Assembly: GCF_001194135.2 (NCBI RefSeq)
Contig: NC_068984.1
Coordinates: 97,917,294-97,981,293 of the forward strand
Length of the DNA stretch: 64,000 bases
Source of the DNA: Octopus bimaculoides
Lineage: Eukaryota
Direction of reading: 5' to 3'
Shown here: positions 54,881-64,000 of the stretch, piece by piece
Layout: the number at the start of each line of letters is the position of its first letter
How positions within the stretch are numbered: the stretch's first letter is position 1
Made by a program: the position numbers and the translations under genes
Notes under the pieces: generated by a model
Seen by the model: only the letters and a program-made list of their open reading frames with translations
What the model was told of the DNA's origin: nothing
The model's database searches: none

Positions 54881-55874
54881 TTATCAACAAATAATAAAAT
54901 GCTAGCAGTTTCATTAACATTTTTTGCTTATTTTTCGGATGGGAACAAAATATTAACCTTTGATTTTTAAGTTTTTAGTAAAACATGCAATAACGGAAAT
55001 AACAGCATTCACTAATCTGAAATTATAAATTTACTTGTAATCTGAATACAGACAGTTGGGAATTCTTCTTAAAATCTTAGTTAACTCTTTTGACTTGGAA
55101 ATCATTTATTGAAATAAAGCAAAAGATTTATCTTCAGAAATGGTAACAGATGTAATTGTCATCATAATCATCACCACTGTTTTGGAGGAGTTAAAACAAA
55201 CGCAAATATTTAAAATAACAATGTCTATTCTCCTTTTTGGAGCATCAGTTAGTATAGATTTGGAAGGTCTGATATTTTCATAGCTAATACCTTTCAGAGC
55301 TAATGATATTTTCTAATTAACAAAATTAAAAGCTGTATACCATTTACACTTAAAAAATCCAAACTATTATAATGATGTATGATGGTTAACTATTTAGCAT
55401 TTAAACTGACAGTATCAGGTGCAAATATTCATTTTGTTTTATGTTCAAACTGGCCAGATTTGGCACCTCACACCGACCCTAAAATATCATTCTAAAAATA
55501 AACAACCACATCATCGAAATCTCAAAGATGAGACAAATACATGATTAATTCAAAACATTGTGAATAAATAATCTTTACATTTGACTAAGTAATCTGAATG
55601 CTAAAGGGCTAAAAAAAGAAAAAAAAGAATTTTATGTTCTTGCTACCAGAAAATATTCTTATGATGGTGTCAAGCAAAGTAATTATCAGAAGTAATTAGA
55701 TGATAATCTTTTTGCAAAGGTTAACAAGTTTCAAAAACCTTGGAAACATATATATCCCCTACTTTAACTTAATAGTCAAATAGAAAATTACAAAGTGTGT
55801 GCTGACAATGATGTATGGGTAGTGGGTTCAAGTCCTATTACAATGTATGAAAAATAAAGAACTGAGATACTTAC

Positions 55875-55977
55875 TTTCCTTGATCGGTCAATCTTCATTT
55901 CCCAGCCTTGAGGTAGTTCTCTTCTAGTATCCGTAAATATATTTAAGAATGAAACTAAATCCCTGTTATGTTGATAC
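55875..55977 (-). CDS. HECW1/HECW2: HECW exon, start of second WW domain: (R)[34 protein letters not shown]
   Basis: ttgtag acceptor, AAA|gtaagt donor, 103 nt; YQHNRDLV and LPxGWE motifs. Confidence 0.96.
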
Positions 55978-56019
55978 CTACAACAGGAAATAAATCATAA
56001 CCGATTCTGTAAATATTGT

Positions 56020-56450
56020 AGATTAAAAGAAAGTATAGCAGTTTTATCAGAAAGTAATGAAGACAACACACACAGACAGAGTGTAAGAAGTGTGAATTTG
56101 CATGGTAACAAAACAAGGACATTGAATATGCTCTGTAGGATATCTAATGTTAGTGCACAAACAGAGGAGCACAAATGAGCTGAGAAAAGAACTGAGTATA
56201 AGAACAATCAGATGTTGCTTGCAAGAGACAAAACTGTGCTGGCATGAGTATCTGATGCATACAAAGAATGACATTTAGGTAAAGAAATATTAAGCAAAGC
56301 AAGTGAAAAGATTCTGCAGAAACAGAAGACTGAGGAAGGCAGACTAACATATGGGGAAAGCTGATCACAACAAGTTCACAAAGCAGATAACAAATGATTG
56401 TGACAAATGATGGGATGCTGTGTTAATGAAGACCTTGCCCAAACTATGAA
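56020..56450 (+). mobile_element. Decayed RTE LINE 3' coding fragment, related to the 5.3-kb copy
   Basis: Degenerate match to MLRWMCNV...ELR.ELSIRTIRCCLQET.L.WH. Confidence 0.5.
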
Positions 56451-58602
56451 AGCATGGAAAAGCAACTGGAAAATGATGATACTGAAACACACACATATGT
56501 ACACAAACACGAGATGTGTATATATTAAAATAAAATTCAAAAAAAAAATATTAGGACAAATTAAAGAGTAGCCATAGCTACACGACATGGGAGGAGAAAA
56601 AGGGAAAAAATACGTAGAATGCTAGTAACTCACAGAATTAAAGAATTATTTTTAGCTTAATATTCAATACTGTCTTAAATAACATTAAATAAAACACAAA
56701 CCAAAGGCAGCACACTAAAATCTTTGCAGTTAATCTATTAATAAAATAAATTTTTAAAAAACAAATTTTAAAAAAATATAATTAAAAAAAAATACTCATG
56801 TAAAGTTAATGATAAAATTAGTAACTAGGTGAAAACTATTCCCATAATTAAAATAGACTATTTATATTGGCTATGTGCATCAATAATTAATTAAATGTCA
56901 AAAGTAACAGCATAAACAATAATCCTGTCTTTTGAGAGTATTATTGAAAAACAAATATAGTTTTGCTGGAAGCTATTATGGTGGGTTTAAACATTAAGTA
57001 ATGCTAAGTGTAACACCATTGAATCATACAATGTTAGTAACTGATCAACAGAAATGCTGATCACATACAATAACCAGTTACTATTTACAGAATTAAGGAA
57101 AAACAACAAAAACATGAATTATAGCCTTGGAGTAGAGTAGGTTGGTCTGGCTTGGTAATCTGTGTTTTAAAGATCTTTATCAAATATTTAAAAGTGGTGT
57201 ATATTTAAGTACTATAATAATATAAACTGAAAACAATTTGCAATAAACAAGACAGTTAACTAAACTTGAGCTAGCGAGCTATAGGAAGAACCAGTGCAAT
57301 AGAATTTGTCTCACACACAGTTTGAGAATAATATTTTTGACAAAAGAAGCAGATTCATGATTAAAACTATTAATTAATATTCTATGTATGAAATAGTTGC
57401 ATCAGATAACTTTAAATCTAAGCTATATACATAACTGATGACTGGAGAGAATAATGAGATAAATAATGAGAGGGGAGAGATTAATGGTATAAATTATGAC
57501 AATGCATAGATTAATGATACAAATGATGGCAGGAGAGAATCATGACATACATGGGGTACAATATCGTTTGTTTAATTAGACATATTAGAATCTAGAATCT
57601 AAGATTTTGACTTATGTCTGACTAACATGAAGGGCATATGACAACCCTTCAAGTTAGTCACCATGCTAGGGCACCACCTTGAAAAATTATAGTTGAACAA
57701 ATTGATCTCAGTAGTTATTTTTGTTTTTTAAACCTGGTACTTATTCTACCAGTCTCTTTTGCTGAGCCGCTAAGTTACAGGGATGAAAACACACCAACAC
57801 TGGTTGTCAAGCAGAGGCAGGAGACAAACACACACATATATATATGACGGGTTTCTTTCAGCTTCTGTCAACCAAATGCACTCACAAAGCTTTGGTTGAT
57901 CCGAGGCTATAGTAGAGGACACTGGCCCATAATGCTATGCAGTGAGGAACTAAGTGGTTGGGAAGCAAACTTCTTACTACACAACCATGTCTGCACCTAT
58001 TTTCCTTTCTCTCTTCAGAAGATTGTGCCATTTGTGTGAAGAGACTCAATAGATTGTAGTATGGTAGCTTCTTTACTAAGCATGTCACTCCAAATGGCAA
58101 GTCAAGTCATATGCAAGTGATTCTTTTTGTCTCAATCTCTTTGAACAAGTTGAACAGGATGACTCTGTAGCAATGTCCCAGAATGGCAATTCCACTGGTG
58201 CTGTCACAGCTTGCTGCATGGATGGCAGGCACCAAGCTAAAACATGTGCCTTGAGGTTGAGACACTTTTGGAAAATAACTCGGGTCTCCCTACACTTCTG
58301 GCTTAGAGGTATCCAGCCATTATTGCTCAGAGGCAGCCTAGTACCACCACTCTATTGAGTGAGCATACAAACTATTGCTCTGATCCTGCAGTTCCTCTCA
58401 TACTGGATGGGATAGTTGTAGCTGAGCTTGACATAGCCAGTGCTCACTTAAGGCCAGTGGTGGTGATGGACAATGTGCGAGTGCACCGCCGACACGCATT
58501 GAACTCCTGAAGACTCAGTGTACCGAATATGCGCAATGCATTGGTAGGATAAAACTAACCTATCACATAATGGTATATATTAATTATAATAAAATTGCAT
58601 AC

Positions 58603-58685
58603 CGCTCAAAGGTTTGTGGGTCTCTGCGAATTCGAGTTATCATATGGTTCAAAGTACTGTTCCTATTGTATGCTTGTAAAACGCC
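58603..58685 (-). CDS. HECW1/HECW2: HECW exon: GVLQAYNRNSTLNHMITRIRRDPQTFE(R)
   Basis: tttcag acceptor, CG|gtatgc donor, 83 nt; matches the HECW L.HMI..IRRD...FERY motif; phases 0 and 2 fit the neighbours. Confidence 0.95.
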
Positions 58686-59999
58686 CTGAAATAAGCAGAA
58701 TATGAAATATTTGGTAAAAGAGAAACACAAATCAGTTTTTAGTGATTTCAACAGTTGAAATGGAAAACATTTGTAGGCAATAGTCATGCAAAATAAGCAT
58801 CTGAAAATATAGCATTAAATAAATGGGTGAAATTTTAGTTTAAAATAACTAACTTTTGTTTCTGTGAGCATCATCTTTGATCTTGAAAAAGTTCAGTAAC
58901 TACTTAAAAGAATCTTTCGTTAGCTTATTTCTATCACCCTCCTTCTTGTTGTGGGTGTGGTGTGGACAGTTCAGAAGAACTGATTCACTTTCTTTCATTA
59001 TTTTTATCCATGTATCCATTCCTACGATATGCAGTTATACTCATTATCATTTTTTTTGGGNNNNNNNNNNNNNNNNNNNNNNNNNNNNGATCAATAAATT
59101 AAAAGCACCAGTCAAGAACGGGAGTTGATGTAATTGACTAACTCTCTCCACCCAAATTTCAGATCTTGTGCCAATGATAGAAACAGTTATTAGTCACATT
59201 GACCAATGTCACTAATATTTATTTTTGAGACAACTACTGATGGTGTTATATTTATGCAGTAGAAAAACAAAGTTATTTCAAATTCTGTGAATACAAGAAT
59301 CTCAATAAAAAAAAAAATCAGTCTTGAAAGTTGCTCTTTTGTACTTCGAGTACAAAAATAGCAGAGCAATAGATCAGATTGTCCTTAAAGCGTTAAATTC
59401 ATCAATTCCAACCTTGTAGTTTGCATGCTCCCAATTTTCTTGTTTCATTAACATATAGAATCATATTTCTGACACATATTGTACAATGATTTTAGTCGGT
59501 GCAGGATTGATGTCCTCATTACTAATTTTATGCTGTCAAGTAGTCTAATTTGGAAATTACAGCAGACCATCAACATTCAGAGTCTGTGACAATGAAAAAG
59601 CTTCTACATGGTTAACGTGCTAGAAATAGAAGCCAAATTTTATTCTACCATCTTTAAAATGGAAAGGCAGGTTGGGTAATGTAGCCTCAGATAAACTATA
59701 ACCAACAGACAGAAGGGATGGAATAGTCATGATTTGAATACCTTTAATCAAAGCTGATCTGGAGCTAGACAACATTCAGAGCAATACAGCAGCAAAGTCC
59801 TTAAGGAAGTATAAGTAACATGACACCATATCTGTAATAGTCCTGGAGTTATATTCCATTAACTAGCAGTTTGAAACCTACATTAGCCATTCAAATATTT
59901 AGTATTCTTGCTGCTGCAGAAGCAGCAACAACTATGCTTTCTTCCATTTCCACTTTCATTTTCCTTTTCAAGTAAAACTTGAAAATATTGATTAGGGCT

Positions 60000-62050
60000 T
60001 GACCAAACAGGAAGCTGTTTGTCTTCAGCTCTATCAATCTTGTCCACAGCACAACTCATTCCACCAAAGCCACTAAACAGATAAAAACTGTTTGTGCTTC
60101 CTGGCCAAAGGAAGGTGGGAAAACGATCCTCACAACAGACTTAGCTTGTGTTGATTTTAGGATTTGTAAGTGTGTTGGTATGTTTTTTGGGGTAATATAG
60201 TCATTGCATGTAATGTTTGTATGTCAATGTATATGGTTCATTAATTCTTCGTTGTTTGTGCCTATGGCTGTATACTGTTTCATTGCAAATATACTGTATT
60301 TGATGGCCTATAAGACATACCTTTTTTTATCCTAAAATGGCTTTAAAAAAATCTCTCTGTGTCCAACACACTCAATGTAAAGCTCAAAACTTGCTGAAAA
60401 TGGAATGTATGTTTACAATACGTGTGCTGCTATCTATTGGTGAACAATCGCCTACAGTATGTTTATATTGAATGTGGATGCAATAAATTGCTTATAATTA
60501 CCAGTAATAACATAAAGTTATACAGGTATACAAGTAAATGGAGGAATTAAGACATTATTTTAGTGGTAATTTATTTTACAAAAGTATAGCCTAGGCTAGG
60601 GTGTGTCCTATAAGCCATCAAATACGGTATTTGTTGTTTTAGGTGCAGATTGACTTGTGTTTGTTGTGGTATTTGCAGTACTGATGTTATCTGTGGTGGT
60701 TGTGGGGCAGTTGGTATTTTAATTCCTTCAAATCTCCCAAATTTTTGTAAGGGCAGATTTATTGTTCTTTACTATCTTTCTCTGCCTCCTTATGGGGACA
60801 GTGTTTCTATGTCACTGCAATAAATATCTGAGTGAGCTGATGTGGGAGAGATAGGTCTTGTGGTATTATATTGGAGATTCTGCTGCCTATTTTGGCTCTG
60901 TTGTTGTTTTTGTTGCCTGANNNNNNNNNNGTTTTTTGTTTGGGGTTGCAGCTAATTTTTCTGTTGTAGTGGTGATTGCACATTGTTGTCCTTGTTTAGC
61001 AGGTTGTGGCATTGGTAACAGTAGGGGTCTCCTTTCATATGCCCTCTGCCCTTAGATGAGTGGTAGAGCTACACATGAGATGTTTTGGCTTTCATCCCTC
61101 TATAGTCGTATACAAAATAGTTCTATCTGACAAGTGAACAGACTAGAGAAGGCTTCAACTCTTAATCTGGAACAACAGTACCATTCCTACCATTGATAAA
61201 TTCTCCTTGTGTGAGTATGTACACTTTTAATATTTGGATCACCTCTTCAATGTCGACCAATATGGTTGCCACCAAACAGCAGATGTTTACTTCTGGTAAT
61301 ATGTTAACCATGCACGAACAAAGATATGAAGGTATTAGGAATAAGTCCTCATTTTTGTGAGAAGCTAAGAAGTGGTTTCTTGCTTTGAATTCTGAGAAGA
61401 ATTTGATATTTACTGTACTGTAGTGCCTGCCATGAGTTTTTAGTGTCAGAAAGGGCTTCAGCTTAGGTTGGCTTTTCCACCCTTCTACCGTTGTTTTGCT
61501 TTATGCAATGGTTGGTTACTGTGCACCTACTGATTTATTCAAAAATGTGTTCAGGAATGGCAAGATTTACTTTTAAGCCTACCTTAGTTATTAACTTTTT
61601 TTTACAGCAATAGGCCTTCAACTTTTAAAATAAACCTTTCTGATGCCCTTGCTAGCATTTGCAAATGAGATTTTTTGCAAATGCTTGGCTGTAAATGCTC
61701 AGGGTATTGAGGGGGTGATTTGAGTGAAGCGGTGGCAGTGAGGTCTTTGGTAGTGAAAGCTGAATTTTGTATTGTAGATGTGATGGTTGTGGGGATAGGT
61801 TGTTGGTTTCTTTACTTAGCATATTGTTTTTTATTTACATTTGTCCGCTTTGGCAATTGTGGTATATGTAGTAGTTGAGGTAACAGCAATGGTGTCACTG
61901 TTGCTGTTCCAACTTGTTATAGGAGCAATGGTGTAGCTTTTTTAGAATTTATACTTTGACAAAAAGGCAATCTTTGCTCAATGATTAAATGAAGGGAAGA
62001 GACTCAGCGGCGAGTTTCACCCTGTTTTCAAAATAATTTTCCACATCTCC
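60000..62050 (-). mobile_element. Highly decayed L1/Tx1-like retrotransposon remnants
   Basis: Zinc-knuckle-like pieces (PYCYQC; ...CP.K) and an RT-tail-like piece near 60.05 kb; weak. Confidence 0.35.
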
Positions 62051-62428
62051 CTCTAGCTGGCTGGCTGTTAAAGATGTGAACTTTTAAATTTACATTTTTT
62101 AAATGCAAAAATCTTCCAAATTTTTAACCCCAAAACACAGTTAGTTAGTTCACCTGGCTCTTAGTTAACTTAAGAAAAAGTAAATAATAGATTTTCATAA
62201 TGAAAATGTGCTGAGTGGTTGGTATTAGGAAAAAAACAGTCACAGAAGTCTGGTACCGACTTGTGTCTGGCTGGCTCTTGTGAAACCATGCCACCCATGC
62301 TAGCATGGAAGGCAGACGTTAAGTGATGATGATGATTATGATAAAAAAGTTAGGAACAGCGCTCATGTATGTCTTTGTTAGTATGAAGAAGAACAACAAT
62401 CATAATTAAATTAAAAGTCAACACATAC

Positions 62429-62595
62429 CTCATGTGCTTGAAGAATAGGGAAGAAGTCAGGTCTTGTCAGAAATTTAACAGCAGGACTGTTGTATACAGA
62501 TCGGCTTTCAGGTGTCCGTGACTGTGATGAGGTGCTACCTGATGTTGAAGTAACAGAACTGCTACTATTACTACCACTTGATGTATTTGAATCAC
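62429..62595 (-). CDS. HECW1/HECW2: HECW-type E3 ligase, first exon in window: (G)DSNTSSGSNSSSSVTSTSGSTSSQSRTPESRSVYNSPAVKFLTRPDFFPILQAHE
   Basis: Acceptor ttccag, donor GAG|gtatgt, 167 nt open; SPAVKFLTRPDFF matches the HECW motif between the WW domains; phase 1 in, phase 0 out. Confidence 0.93.
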
Positions 62596-64000
62596 CTGGA
62601 ATTCAACAACAGTACAATGCATATATATATATATAGTACACAGATTGCATCAACCGACCGCTTGATGCAGTCTATGTACTAGCACTGACTTTTATACATT
62701 TATACTTTCACACTTTATATTATTGTATTAATTTTTACTGTTCTATTTATAATTTTGATTTTTAAATTAATATTTTTATGATGAATGTTTCTTTATATGA
62801 TATATTATATATTATTAAAATTTTAGATTAAAATCTTAGATAAATATTGATATGGTATATGCCTCACAGCATGGTTTTGGACGGGTTCTTGATTGACTGA
62901 GTTGTAGAGTGGTGGTTCGTCTCTAAATTAGTTATATACATATATATATTATATATTACGAAACCCGGTGTAATATTATACCGATTTTTGCCTGTAAGGT
63001 TGGAATAAGTTTTTATTCCCTAATATTATTACTACACACACACATATATATCTTGTATGTATGGTCTCTTCAATTCCCAAGAGAGCATACATGCAAGGTA
63101 TCCGTCTATACACACACAGACATACATAGATATATACAAGCACAACTATTACAGAGATTGTCGAAATATACTAGAAAGTATACAACAGATAGTATACAAA
63201 AATAATCAATAAATTTGCACAATGTCATTGCAGAGATTGTTAAACTAACTAAGGGAGTTTATAGAAGCACATACAAACTATTCATGCTACACATACATAC
63301 ACTTGCAAAAAGGGATATCAACACAAGCATGTAAACATCATATAGTGTATGTAGTTTTCTATTGGAGGGATTTAATAAAATAACTAACATTTTTGATAGG
63401 TTGGTGTTTGGAACTTAAGCGATCTTTACATGAACTTGTAATGGAAGATTTTAGTTTAAATAAGATATTTTAAAGCAAGGATTTTGTATTACAGAATTAG
63501 GTGCTTTTAGGTGGTCTGGTACCAAAAATTAAACACAATCTGTTTGTTCTGCAAAAACTAGTTTCTGGGAAAACTAAAATGAAAAATGTCCTAGTCAGTC
63601 AACCACTTACTGATAAACATACAACTTTAATAAAAATGAACAAAATACTGAAACAGAGACATTTACTGCATGCAAGACAGAAGTGAAGTTAGTGTTAACA
63701 TATTTAATGTAAAGAACTTTAACTAGAAATAATAAGATGGCGAGGGGAAAATAGTATCAGTCAATGACTAATAGCATATTTATTATTTTAGCAAATGCAA
63801 GAGACAACTCTAGATATACTGTGTCCTTATTGTGATCTCCTGAGTGAGATATAGACAACATTGTACTTTTCAAAGTAAAGCTCAATGAATCAGTGAGTAA
63901 ATGACGAAGACTGTAGCAAGTTGGAATAAAAAAATACAATTGTTTAAATAAGTAGCTAAACTAACATTGTTTACCCTTAATTACATTAAATAAGATAACA

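Overview
AT-rich, microsatellite- and transposon-dense eukaryotic genomic DNA with five assembly gaps. The repeat families suggest a cephalopod, probably Octopus (inference). The window is dominated by one minus-strand gene, a NEDD4-family HECT E3 ubiquitin ligase of the HECW1/HECW2 (NEDL) type. I traced 17 coding exons from 62595 to the stop codon at 14479, all with GT-AG ends and consistent phases. They give about 722 aa: the second WW domain, a His/Ser/Gly-rich insert, the helical-box region and the whole HECT domain ending [13 protein letters not shown]...TYGME*. The 5' part of the gene lies beyond the right edge. Introns and flank hold a full-length decayed mariner, a piggyBac, a Chapaev3-like element with termini and TSD, non-autonomous Helitrons, MITEs, RTE, R4/Dong and L1-like LINE remnants, several Penelope-like elements and many tRNA-derived SINEs. 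The best leads are hammerhead-ribozyme-like motifs (a palindromic pair, Penelope termini, and a tRNA-headed element), a candidate restorative A-to-I editing codon in the WW domain, the His-rich insert, long intronic hairpins, and an orphan exon-like segment at 2.4-2.6 kb.
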